Part shown: piece after piece, positions 1-13,627 of the stretch
Layout of the letters: every line of letters begins with the position of its first letter
How positions within the stretch are numbered: the first letter of the stretch is position 1
DNA from: Trichoplax sp. H2
Taxonomy: Eukaryota
Length of the DNA stretch: 64,000 bases
Assembly (NCBI GenBank): GCA_003344405.1
Contig: NOWV01000013.1
Span: forward strand, 372,001 to 436,000
Direction: 5' to 3'
Notes under the pieces: generated by a model
Databases searched by the model: none
What the model saw: the letters and a program-made list of their open reading frames with translations, nothing else
What the model was told of the DNA's origin: nothing
Position numbers and translations under genes: made by a program

Positions 1-1755
1 TTCAGACTACCCCCTGGTACTCTACTGAAATCCACTTGCAAGAGTACCGATTAATTTTCAATTTTTGATGGCAACTGTGGATTTTTTTCTGCTATCGTTA
101 TTGATTAAATGATAAATCCTTTTGACTACCCAATGCATTAAATAGTACAGTAGAGCACAGTTGCTATAGAGACCCAGAGTACGAATCTATGCCAAGGTAC
201 TGTAGTCGATGTACTGTGGAACTGCAATTGTTCTGAATACAGCATCCCCAAAAGACCTTGAGGATTTTAGGGCAATTTTGAGGGCTTCGCCTTTTTTCTG
301 AGAGTAAATACCGGTACATTCTCTCTTATCGGGTCTTTACACTAAGCTACTCACAAATTTATATCACTATACATACTTATATAGTAATAGACTTATTATT
401 ACTAGAGTGATATTGATTTCGGGTGATTTCAGTCTGATACCGTACAGTACTGTAGAGTACGCGTATATCCTCTGTAGTCATTATGACCGGCTTAATTATT
501 ATGCCGTGGTGGATGTTAGATATAGGATTTGGGATAGATTTTATGAGGAGGAGATCACTTATGCAAGGACAGATATTAATATAGTCTTGAAGAGCTCCAG
601 AAGATGGACTAAACTTATCTGATACTATAGATTCCCAGTATACTGTATATAGTATGAACTATATATATGAACTATATACAATGGAGCAGTTCACTGAGCT
701 CTCTGCTATGGAGTGGTTAGAATATATCACTAGTCAATTGGCGACTGCTTTGCTAGCCGTTTTAAAGACTATTTTTCTTTTTTAACTTTAGTCCCCACGC
801 ATTTGTATGGTTTCATAAATAGTTTAATTTATACCATATAATTAGTGTCGATTTTACTGGTCTCGACCGCACTATATACTACTATGATACCTGAAGCAAC
901 GAGACAGTCATACAGCAGATTTTTCCTCAATTTTGCGGTACTAGCTCATATATAAAGAATATGTCAGCTTAACAAATTCAGAGATAAGTTTATCCATTAA
1001 CAGAAAAATAATTATAATTAGCTTAGAGACGTCAAGAGAGTAATAATTGTTATAATACGTTAGGTATACACGTATACCAGACTAGAAAAAGAAAAGTAGA
1101 CAGACTTGCAGCAGAAAAATAATATAATTAATTAATTCATTAATAAGGATATAGTATATACAGTGAGTCGGTACCATGTCAAATCGTCATTTCACGAAGT
1201 TGCTAAAATTTAAGAAAATTATCTAAATTTGTAAACTATATGCTTGCCTGACTCTAAATGAAACATGCTCGTAAATTTAGTAACAGATAGTCCCTAATTC
1301 CCGTAATTACAGTATACGCATATTAGAATACAGTAGTTACGAGTATATGCCTATAGTACAGTATGATTGTTAAGGGACAACCATGAAGTGTGTTAACGAT
1401 GGTAGGAGGATAAGGAATAGGTTTATTTGGAGATCGACAAGAAGTAGATAGGTAGAAGGTTTACGGAGATGTAGGAAAAGTTTGCCGCAACCTGAAGGAA
1501 ACAGAATAATTTATCCTTGTTATTACATTGCCTCTACGGGTATATTGTAACTATAATATTAAACATACTGTATGACGATCAGTATATAATAAGGTGTTGA
1601 TACATACTGTACGTCCATCCCGTACGCCTGAAACTTGGCCTGCATGACATGACCAAGGACTACTGAAAGAGAGAGAGATGGACATTACTGTAAAGCACCA
1701 AGGATAGGAAGGAGACTGCAAGATCAGCCCTACTGCTAGACTGGGAAGCTTGCAA

Positions 1756-3550
1756 ATGGCAACGAACTTGCTGTCAAATATTCATCGAGGTTTATCTCAG
1801 CCCTATACAGATACACAACTTATTGGTGGAGACTATTTTTACTATCACTATGGTTGCGATGGTGTTCATGATCAGGTCATTTTTAATTCAGAAATTTTCC
1901 TACTTCATGCTCATGCTTCTTCTGTCGATGTACAAGTAATATAGCACAACTTGACAGCATGCAAACGAAATGTTTTGATATACAGTACAGTAGGCTGCTA
2001 TCTTGCAGGCCTATGACAATCGTATTTTAAGAAACCACCTACTGTACTAGATAGAACATGACTCCAGTTTTCATGGATAGAATTACCTTTCTATTATACT
2101 TTAGGCAACTTGTGATTAATTAATACAGAAAAAGTTCGAATAAATACAGAGATAAAGTGATTTAACTGATGGTAATAACTCCCAAGATTGGATTTACATT
2201 ACTTACATGTACTGTACTGTAATTCGGATGCACGAAAAGATACCTGGTGATAGGATAGTGTGAAATACTGTATAGACATAGAGATTTATGGACGCAACTC
2301 TACGATATTTTTACACTTGTATATTCTATTGGTTTAATATCAGTAGACAGGTATCATAATAATTAATGTAAAGAAAATTTCCAACTTACCATTAATTAAT
2401 CATTATACACGTACTAGTAACTAAATTGTCCTATCATGCTTAAGATCCCGGTAAGAAATGCTATACACCTATCTTTTGTATCTTATTCAAAGGGTTGGGG
2501 CTGTGGATACCGAAGCTTGCAGACAATTGCATCTTATATTGTCCATAATAAGAAGTCATTAGTATCATCCATAATACCAACCATTCGTCATATCCAACAA
2601 ACGTTAGTCGATATGAATGATAAACCGAGTACATTTGTTGATAGCAAAGAGTGGATTGGGTCGTTTGAGATTTGCTTGTGTCTCGAAGAATTATACGGTG
2701 TAGGTATTATGTATCTACGAAATTCTTACTACGTATAGCTTGGCTATTACCTTCCTACTATGTATAATAACATTTTAACCCTTAGTATCGGTCATATACT
2801 TTATCTACTAATTTCATTTTCTAACTCTGATAAATGTAAATATGCTATACAGTGATTGATGTCTTTCAGTCACGATTTACTAATAATTCGTATATGTTAT
2901 AAATTTGTAAATGATGGTTGTTTGTAGATTGAGCCACTACAATTGAATTTACTATAGTGTCGGTATGCAGTTCGTTATTAGGTGATGAATTAAATGAGAA
3001 CATCAGGTAATAAATATTGTTGCTACAATAATTTGATCGTACAGATTTATAGCAAAATCATACATGTAAACGACGGGAATGATCTAGAAAAAAATGTAGC
3101 AATGATTCACGACCATTTTATTCAAGTGGGTACGCCAATTATGATGGGTAAGTTAGGATCTTTAAACTAGCTACGACCGCAAATTTGAAGAATTGTGTTT
3201 TCGATTTATTAATACATCCAATTACTGTACTTTAGGTGGAAATATTGACAGTGCCGCTAAGACAATAATCGGAATTTCTACTGATAGCAAAGATGTCAAA
3301 AATTCTAAGCTTTTAGTCGTTGTAAGATGTATTTTTTGACGCTATCAGAATATTATGCTAATAATTATGGTTACTTTTTATTTTAATCTTGTGATCATGT
3401 CCTTCATAGGATCCTCATTTTAATGGCAAAGCTGAAATAGAAATCCTACAACGAGAGGGCTGGGTATCCTGGCGTTCTATCGATTCTTTTGTTTTTGAAT
3501 CGTTTTATAATTTCTGCTTGCCACAATGTAAACTAGTAGCTAACAAGTGA
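1756..3550 (+). CDS. UFSP1: UFM1-specific peptidase 1 (peptidase C78), 5 exons
   Basis: Exons 1756-1875, 2493-2699, 3045-3147, 3236-3321 and 3410-3550 join in frame via GT-AG introns. The protein has [21 protein letters not shown] (catalytic Cys), WIGSFE, PIMMGGNIDSAAKTIIG (UFSP1-type loop) and DPHF (catalytic Asp/His). It lacks the long N-terminal domain of UFSP2. Confidence 0.88.
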
Positions 3551-5147
3551 TACGTTACAACCCTAAAGTAACTGCTAGCTAATGTAAAATAAAATAATTA
3601 GCAATAAGAAAAAGATAATTCTAACAGTTAACTTCATCGTTTAGAGACTCTAATTTAACTATTACAGTCTAAAATTTCGAATAGTTAACATCTTACTTTC
3701 AATATTCATTGCGAATCTATTTGTTTGCTATAAAATTGAATTTCTATTGTGTATACTTTAAAGTATAATGTATAGTATAGAATTAAGAATAAATGACTAC
3801 TAGACTCTAATTACATGGTTTCTGAAATAATTTCAAGGATGTAATCTCAGATTTTTATCTCTACATTATTCTTCAAATATCTATCTACATGGTTGGAAAC
3901 TTTACTGGCTTACACATTTGCTGAAATAAACATTAGTAATTTATTTTATTTATTTAAAAAGATACGTTTATTCTAAAAACTGAAACGTTTATTGGTTTCT
4001 ATTGAAAGAGCGGAATATCAAAATTTTAAAAGACAACCACGACTAATGATCCCTAGGGCTAGAGGCAACTATGTAAACCCAAATCTTGTACTCACCATGT
4101 ATATCAATATACTCGTATAATGCTATTGTCATTTTAATCTAAAACGAACAATTATTATTACTGTTTACTATGTAAAAATATCGCCTTAGTAATGTTGTAT
4201 AAGGATTAAAAGTTGGATCTTACGTAAAGTCAGCCAAAATTCTTTATATCAAAAGCAAACAGTGGTTTACTTAAAAGTCGATCGCTCTTACGGTTATAAC
4301 TGAGATAGTATTCCGTAACCATACATATCCATGTTACGGCCATTCCTAAGAATGATTTTGTCCTTAAGATTAAAGTGATTTGAAAAGAGCGTAATAGCAC
4401 CTGATCTAAACACAATAGAAAGCAATCTCTATTTTCAGACCTTTTTATACTAGTTTTTATCGTACTGATAAATCTGTAATCTGACTACTGTTATTAAAGA
4501 TAAATTCCTGGGTAATATACAGAAGTACTAGTAATAGCTGTAAAACAAGATTATAATGATTTTGTATATTGCTAAATATGTAATCAAGCTTCAATTATTA
4601 ATTAATCCGAATTAAATATCAAGTAAAATATTATTATTAATTTCCAAAATAAAATCTGAAATTGTTTAAAAATAGCTTTATTATTAAATTACCAGGATCA
4701 TATAAACAAGTGCTGAAATTAGATTAAATAAAATTTGATATAATCAGTACAACGGTGCATAAACGTAACGTTCGTAAGATTACATAGATTGTCTAAATAC
4801 TTGAAGAATTTGAAAATATTGAAATCATATTTTTACAAAATTAATGAAGTCAACCCGTATTGCACAAGAGAAGGTGCCACCAAACTGAAGTTAGTATGTT
4901 ATACGTTCTTCAGTATTCACAGAAATTTTTAAATCTCATTCAAGGCTAGCACACCATTTTAAGGCTTTCATCCTAGTTACTTTTCCGTCTTTTCGTATAG
5001 TAGTGCTACATTGTCGATTTATAACAACCGCTATCAAGATAAATATTTACTTAATACACAGTTTGTAACTATAGATAATATGCGATTAATAAACGTAGAA
5101 GACCTAGCTCTAGCGTTAATCGAAATCGTAAAATAGTATTCGTGGTA

Positions 5148-8100
5148 CTAATCATCAGCAACTGGCATTGTCACCGTCAAAACCTAAATAAATACCAGTA
5201 ATCAATAAAAAGGCAAAAAACATTAATTTATCGCCTTATAGTTGAATTAAAGCTTAAATTACCTTCGTTTTCCGATGAAATTGAGCGCCTGTCTCTGCAG
5301 AGTTAACTTTGAATGGTAAGTTTGTATTCAAGAAGTAAACATTTGGATGAGCCAGGAGTATTAATTTATCACCACCAACGTCTAAATCGACTGTCTTAGC
5401 ACTTTTCTAGGGAGTAACATTGATCAAAAAAGAACAGGTTTATAACATTAAAGGCATACGCAAAGTTCTAGAATGACAGCACTATTAAAGAGAAAATGTA
5501 CCGTATGTGCCTCTAACCAACACAAGTTGCATTAAAGGTATTGTACGCTGATTGAAGTATCAAAACTAACAACATTATCAAAGAACGTTAACGTTTCAAT
5601 AAAACTACGTACAACTTTAGGTAAATCGATCTGCGCGACTAAAAAGTCAGGCCTTCCTTCAGGCGGTTCCCTAATTATTTGCAGGCTTGGTTCTTCACCT
5701 CTGTATAGTATTAGATTATGAATACTTTAACAGCTTCTAATATCGATGCATTAGCACGTAAATTAATTTTAATTTGAATTACACAAGAGTCTATTCACAA
5801 CTACCGCTTTTCCTCAATTTCGGTCACAAGTGTCTTTCCTTGCATATCATTAGTTGTATCGCTGCTAATATCTCTTCTGGAGTGAAAATAAAAACGCAAT
5901 TTTCATAAACATCTTTTAATTTAATTTAACCGACTCTTGATCTTAGAATTAGAGATTTATGTAATAAGTGCGTATCTTATAGTGCATGATTCAGCAAAAA
6001 GTGCAATAAACTACTTACGTTTCCATTTCCATAATTAAGGGTTTACTTTTCGTACGAATAGTCTGTTCGGCCATTTTGCCAAAGAATTTTCGATTTTTTA
6101 ATACTATCGTATCTGTATATTACAAAAATGTTAGTACAATAGTTACAAGCAGTATCAAAGAATAGAAATGGAATTTGCGAACCTCTTGAAAAGGTCACAT
6201 CATGGTAAGTGTAAAAGAAATAGAGTGAAAACTACAAACCTCTTGAAAATGTCATATCATACTTATTCTCAAGTCCATCAAACACAAGAGTTAAGAAAAA
6301 CAAATCAAAAGCTTGGCTCCTCTATGAATAAATTTCATTTTTTAAATTTAGAAAATTCGCTTCCAATTATTACTTATAATTAAAATATAAATATCTAGTG
6401 ATTCATACCTGTGTCTTGTCATAAAATTGTTTGTTAATAACCACATCAAATACTGTGCAACCTTTACCGCCTATATATTTACCGAATAATTATACGTAAA
6501 CAAGGCAATACTAAAATATTAAGAGAACTATTGACAAACCACGTATGAATCTTTTAGTAAAAAAGAACTTTAGCTTGTATAAATTAACCTTTATCCAATT
6601 CCGCATGGGGCACCCCTAAACTCATAGGGACCCTAAATTTGGTAGGATCTTCCGATTGTACAATTTTTTCCAGCTCATCTTCGCTAATATCACGCGGCGC
6701 CGGAATCTAACAAGTCAAGTAATAATTCTGTAGCTGTCAGCACCAAGTTTATTTGATTAGCAAATATAGCTACTCCAAGATTTCAGAGTTGTAATGAATG
6801 TTATTGTGTGACGTGACAATATATAATTTAATCTATATATTTGATTCGTTATCAAACCGTTGTCATACCTGATCAGACGTACAAATATTAATGAATACTT
6901 TCTCATCCGTGGAGGTTCGTGTTTTAATACAATGGCCTAAATTAAAGAAAATTTAAATCAGTTACTTAGCCCAAATATAAACAAGCCTATAGAATTATCA
7001 CTAGGATAATAGAGTCAGGTTGACAACAGTAATAAATTAATAGCAAAAATGAACTCGATAAAAATGATGTAACCTGGCTTAGGCAAAAGGGATTTCCTTT
7101 CAGGATCATGAGGTTCAGGTTGTTTATCCTAAAAGTAAATTAATTAAGTAGAAGTTTATATCAGCATACAGATCTATATCCTGCGAATGAATGAAATTCT
7201 TCGTATCTGAAAAGAGAATAGAGTACAGAAGAACGTTGGGTTACAATTATATTGTGATTGACAGAAAATACGAGTCGTAATAATAAACCAAGTAATAACT
7301 TTAATAATATTATCGACCGAGCTATATTTTTAAAAATAGTTCAATAAAGAAGAATTTTTAGAATTTTTAAAGAGTAACTAATTTCCAATATAATCAATCA
7401 TTGGAGTGGCTTAAATCATTACAGAACTAAGAAGACTGGCGTCAATTTATATACGAGTGTGATATTATATAAAATCTACACAACAGAAATTGACTTTAGT
7501 GCTTTCAATTGGTCCTACTATTACATCCTTTTATTATGAGGATGCCATTGTTGCCTATTACAGTAATCTAGTATGCAAAATGGGAGAAAATAGTATTTAC
7601 GATTTCGACTATACGGCTTATCAATAAAGTAATTACTGTACAGTGCTATAGATAAATATATACACGTTTAGAATGCCAACATACAGGGTAAAATAAATAC
7701 GGTCGTATGCCATAGAATATCTTTTGGCATTTTCTAGAAATAATTTTGATTAAAGAATTGCAGCGAATAAGGTATTAATGACGAGTGACACTCTAATCCA
7801 AAGATTAATAGGATGAGATTTGGAGCACCTCTTCTGTAGTTGCATGCGGTCTTGCAGATCGAATTTCGTATCTTGGTACAAGAATGTCGAAGAGTAAACT
7901 TACCCATTACGCAGGGGTATCTGGTCTATGGATAATGCTATACTAAGTAATGACATTGCTGATACTCAAAATGTGACAGACTTAAGATGGAGGTCTAAAG
8001 TAATCATTCATTCAGTGATTGAATACAGGTCTGTACAGTGTTGTCGATGGAATCAATCAGACTTGGACACGACAGTGTTGAACAGTTTACAGTATATACA

Positions 8101-8477
8101 GTACTGTTAGATTAAAGGTACCTTACCCATAGATAATAGTAATTTATTACTTTACAGATACTCTAATTAACAGATTTAAGGGTAGCATGCAGAGTAATCA
8201 TTCAGTCATTATTAAATATAGTACAGGTACAATCCTAAAAATTAGTTTAATAAACCTGGATACAACGTAAAGTTAATGTGGAAGAATACTCGTATAATTT
8301 CCTTTTCGATACTTGATGCTATCCATAATAAGTAATACTTTAATCAAAGCATTTAGGTTACTATTACTAACACTAATGATATTAATATGATATTCAATAG
8401 CTGAGCACGTTAAGAAAACATACATTCGAGCTTAACAACTGCCTAAGAAATTCTTCTTCGGTTACTGAAGGATCCAT
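5148..8477 (-). CDS. PIH1D1: PIH1 domain-containing protein 1 (R2TP co-chaperone subunit), about 11 exons
   Basis: Spliced translation: MDPSVTEEEFLRQLLSSN (8477-8424), ...KSLLPKPG-HCIKTRTSTDEKVFINICTSDQ-IPAPRDISEDEL...FRVPMSLGVPHAELDK-GGKGCTVFDVVIN...GLENKY...KNRKFFG..., ending in a CS-domain C-terminus ...AQFHRKTK-VLTVTMPVADD*. The first exon assignment is less certain than the rest. Confidence 0.88.
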
Positions 8478-8564
8478 CTTGAGCTGATGGCAGAGTTTTC
8501 CCACATACTCTCAGTCTGATGCCAGCAGGAATTGACAGCTCGAGATGGTTGCCGTAGTAATCTC

Positions 8565-8800
8565 TACAGTACCGTATTACTATTTACTATGCCGTTCTGT
8601 ACTGTAGAGTTAATACTAACACCTGTATTGGAAGTTCGTACTACAGCACGTACAGTGCACAGTACTGTAGTACAAAATACTGTACCGTACTGTACCGTAC
8701 AGTGTACAATGCACAGTACATACTGTACTGTACGGTACTGCCGTTTAGTACTGTAACTCATGATACTGTAATACCAAGTTCCGGTAAAGTAATGTACAGT
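8565..8800. repeat. TACAG/CTGTA/GTAC-rich low-complexity tract upstream of PIH1D1
   Basis: Dense tacagtac/gtactgta/tgtac words about 90-320 bp upstream of the PIH1D1 ATG. Confidence 0.8.
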
Positions 8801-9090
8801 ATAGAAAATAGTTTTGGCCAACGAAAATGCAACGGAATAGATTGAACACCTGAAATCCTACTTATCCTAGTCTAACAGCTATTAAAATATGGCACATCCT
8901 TTTTATTATCCATACGTCAATTTTAACGACGGAATCTTGTAATTGAACTCTTTCTCTATTCATTGATATAAAATTTGTTAAAGAAACAAAAACGATTGCG
9001 ATATACTACGCTAGTTATCGTCATAAGCGCTGAAAGACTATCCGCAGCCAACTAGCCAACTAGCCAACGAATCTCTGACAGGTCTATGTG

Positions 9091-9181
9091 CATTAGGCCC
9101 GTTCATAATAACCCCGATTACTCAGATACTTATTTACGCTGAGTATCTGACTAATCGGGGTTATTATGAACGGGCCTAATG
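9091..9181. repeat. 91-bp inverted repeat (40-bp arms, 1 mismatch, 11-nt loop); MITE-like hairpin
   Basis: cattaggcccgttcataataaccccgattactcagatact [tatttacgctg] agtatctgactaatcggggttattatgaacgggcctaatg. Confidence 0.93.
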
Positions 9182-12100
9182 TGTATTCATGGTTATAGAT
9201 AGGCACAAACAATCATCATAATCATCATAGGGCTTGTAAAATGGTTATGTGAATCTGTGTCACGGAATAGAAGACCTAGACCGCAGTAGCGGCTGAATGT
9301 GTTCGCTTTTTAGTCAAATTTATAGTCAGAGCAAAGATTCAGACGGTATCTTCCGCTTTGAAGTTATTTCCGTTTGAAATATTATCATTTTAATGCTAGA
9401 GCTGTACTACGTTGATTTTTGGCTAATACGGTAGCATCATAACTAGATCTGATATGCGAACTTTTGTGTACGAGTATATGCTTTAAGTAGAACCACAGCG
9501 TACAATATGAAATGCTACTGATGTCGACATATAAGGAGTTCGAAACCACTTCACATCATTGACCTTCTTGTAAACATGAACTATTGTAGATATAGTTAAT
9601 TCCGACACTAGAATTAAGTTAATATTTACTTTAAAGTATTGCGCTTTCAATTATCTTTATACCTGATAATAAACCAGACTAGGAACACGGTGAAAACTGC
9701 TAATGATCGCCGATTTTCATCGACGAATTATTACATATATACACTTACAGCATATTGATCTACTTGTTACGTCATATATGTAGAAGCATTATATATGATG
9801 CGTTGGTTTAAAGTATTTCATCAAAATACAGCTTAATGCCATAAAAAATTCCTCAACTTTGGCTATTGGATTTGTGACAGATTTTCTAGTTGCGGTATTC
9901 TATAATCGCTAGTTAATTAAATTAATTTATATCATAGTTACGGCAACAACAATTGTACATTTCTACGCCAAGGTAAATACACATTAAAAAAAATAGAATT
10001 ACCGCATGATATTCAGGATAGAGGCCATGAATACATATGCTGTATCTTGAAAGAATGATTGCAGTCTAGTAACATTATAGCGTTAAATAGCCCACATTCA
10101 TAATTTCGCTATCACAACGTTAATTCATTCGCAATAGCTTTGCTTACTTTGCTATTTTACAACCAGGGAAGTAGAGATATAATACAGCAAAGAATAAATA
10201 AAAGACTTAATAATCACTGCTATTGATTTAATCCTAAGAAAATTTTCGACTGTATTGAAATTCCTCTTGTAAACCACTCATACTATGCTCTAAATAATAT
10301 TTTATATTTAAATTTTAACATAATGGGCTGAACTGCGTTTACATTTTGACCTATGACTGATTCATACTGTATCTTCATCGAAAGAATCTATCTTAAATAT
10401 AATTTGCTAATTGCTATTCTGTAGACTTTACAGTATGAACTTTCGGTTGATTGCTCGTTTTTGATCACAATCCGATAACAGCCATCGAACAAGCTACTTA
10501 ACAGTCATAGTAAAATATGCTTTCTTTACGGTTACATCATATTTATTATCGTCATATAAACACAATAAATATACGTATACACGCATATATACACTTGAAG
10601 CAATGACTACTTCACACTGTTATTCTGGATAAAATAGGCTATCCTGGACATGAGAGCTGTCTAGTTAGCCTCGATATGGTAAACTTTTGAAAAGGACTAC
10701 GGTCGTTCATACGATCTTATTTCGTACTCAAATTGCGGTCTCAAGTACAGCGCTGTATAAATTGCACCTGAAAAACGATTTCATACTAAACTGCGTTATT
10801 TTGCGTAGTATAATACCGACCATATTTATTTTTCTCCGTTCCACTTCATTTTTCACCGCAGTGTTATCAACTCATCGTTTCCATTATGTCAAACTTTCAA
10901 CGTTAAAGACGACGTGGGCATATTAATCAATTGAGTCACTCATTATTATGACAGATTGATCACTTAAGATACGCTAGAATTAAATAGTCGGATGTACCGC
11001 AGTACTGATTGGAGTGGCATTTAGTCTCTAGGTAGGATGTTGCTAGATTTGAATGAATTATTAGCAGAGATGAAGTGATGATGGAATATCTTCTGTTTCA
11101 GATCTTATTGTTACTCTACATCTTAGCAGGCTTGTTACATAAAGAAATTTATCTGGTACGTCAATAACAGTGGTATTCAACATTTTGAGAGATGATGCTC
11201 AACAATCTGTTGTTGTCCATGTACAAGATGGATAAAATCTCTTATACCTTGCATACAGTATAATATTGAAAAAATCTGCTGTCTTTATTTATCAGTAACT
11301 GGATAACTAAGTTAGTAAATTGATTTTTACGAAGCTTGATACGTATACTGTACTTATAGTCTTATGCAATACCGCAGTGGTCAGTAATTTCAAACTAATT
11401 TGATGTCTTCAACACCTTTCTTCTTGCACGATTTGCCGGGCCATATTTTTGCAGTTGTAGATGTACAGTAGATCTCCGTAACGGAGCATTGTATTTTACT
11501 TACTATAAATATTGACTTGCATCGTCGCCGATAGCCATACTTATTATATGACTAGACCTGGTAATACGACAGGATCATCACAGCACTGATTAATTTGCAG
11601 ATTAATCAGTTGCAGATCAATCAGTGCAGGACTCTAGTGGGCGTCATGTTTTGTTCCGAGATTGTAGGAGAAACTTTACTGTTGATAGATAATTTCTGAG
11701 AATTCCTATACAAACCTGTTACATCATATTTGATCCGGAGAGTGAACGCAAATCTACTACTACACTGTACAGCACAGCACATTAGTATGATAACACCCAA
11801 AGCATCGCTCTACCGTATGGTATGCGTTTGTCAAAGATCTTTTAATTTTTAATCGTGATGGATTATATAATTATCATAGCCTATAATTCATTTATGGGCA
11901 ATGGACAGTGCTTCAAAATGAAAGTTACAGCCCATGAAAATGAGTTGGTGGATTTTATATTTTACTACACTAGTATTAGTATTCATATAGGGATTCCAAC
12001 TGGCGTAATTGGATTTTGATCTTTGTCTCCAACTACCAATAAATTAAAATAACTCATGGAGAATAAACAGTAACGTTTATTCTATCGCCACTGCTAAATA

Positions 12101-12744
12101 TTGAGCAGTGTCAATGAAGGAGAACTTGGTCAAAGATGCCATGCTCAACGTACGTTGTTGTATGCAAAGACGTTAGATTACAAGTTCGATTCTTTCAGGT
12201 TATTGTTTTAGTCATTCATACTAGTATACATCATCAATTTTCTAAACCAGCGATCGATCGGGTTAGTGGTCGATTCTCTTTTCAATAGTACTATTACTCA
12301 AGCCTGTAGAAGGTAAATTAGAGCTCAGTACGGAATTGTTTAGAGCTCTCGTTAAGAAAAAATCTTACCACATTAGGGATTTCGTAATTTATGATCGAGC
12401 TCACATATAATAGTCCAAGTTAAGCAGAGCTGCGTTTTTCTCGCTTCTTTATTTGACCAAATTTATCAGTAGCAATAGAACAGACGGAGCACAGAAGGAA
12501 TGTGTCATTCTGCACCTGGCCATCATGGTGCATAATATCTAGCCACAATCAGACCATCTAAATTATAGTAAAATTCGTCATTTATGTACAATTAGTTACA
12601 GAATGATCCTATAATCACAATAATCTTAAGCTAATTTGAGGCAGCACTACAGTATATTGTGCAAGTATATATTGAATACTCAGATGTCCTATTTGAGCTA
12701 ATATTATTAATATATCATCATTACGATGCACATAGTGTTATTAA

Positions 12745-13152
12745 TGGATTAATTTAAAAAATACAGACACAGGCATTGGCACTATTTTATACTATGATAC
12801 TAATATACTAATGGCTAATAAGGCTACGGAGGCATCGAAAAGTGGTTGAATACCGTACGAAGAAGTCATTAGTCACTATCATTAACTATTTGCGTACTTC
12901 ACAACGTAGAGTGGTGAGAAAAGTTTTCAAGGAGTATATTGAGAGTAACGACTACGCACGATACAAGATCATTAATTAGTTAAAAAATACAGTTGACAAG
13001 TATTACTGCTACATTACACTAATATACTGTCGGTTAATAAGGCTAAAAGTGGTTGAATATGGAGTCATTAATTATTTACGCAGTTCTCAGCGTAGAGTAG
13101 TGAAAAAGCTCTTGAGGAGGGATATCAAGAGTAAACCACTACACGCGGCAAG
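12745..13152. repeat. Diverged tandem duplication (two copies of about 180-225 bp)
   Basis: Shared blocks aaaaaatacag / ctaatatact / taataaggcta / aaaagtggttgaata / cgtagagt-gtga-aaaag / gagta-actac occur in the same order at about 12755-12965 and 12980-13150. Confidence 0.75.
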
Positions 13153-13627
13153 CAAAGCGGCCGATTAAAAGATTTTCCATACAGTAGACTGAGAGATAGA
13201 CAGTGGATCAAGAAGCATAATTCAATTTTCTATTGTAGTGTTATCTATGCTATACTATCATGATACTGATTAGCGCTTGTTTAGTACAATATTCTAATTG
13301 TCTCGGAGTAGAATAGATATGGTAACACTATTGTTATTTGATTGTCATCTTATCCAACATTAAATTAATCTCCTCCTACTGTTATTGTTCTACAATAGGA
13401 AGTTTTACATTATTGTGTGGTTTTCGATGAAAATGCGAAATAGTGCGGAAGAATAGACGATCATGTAGTGTATTAAAGAATCAACAAGATTCTAAGTAGG
13501 TCATTTGCATTAGGACTGTATGTCAAGCTATCAACTATGTAAACAAACATCCTGTGCTTAATGTTGATCACAGATCAATACAACATTTGTATTCAATTCT
13601 AAGTGGAGACGACGTCAAAGTGACAAG

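Noticed and set aside
4224-4232. In-frame TGA in NFG*LY as a possible selenocysteine
   Set aside because: No UxxC/CxxU context, no recognisable selenoprotein family and no SECIS element identified by eye.
11583-11628. Small inverted/tandem motif gcactgatta...aatcagtgc
   Set aside because: The arms are only 9-10 bp with an internal 15-bp duplication, too short to assign a function.
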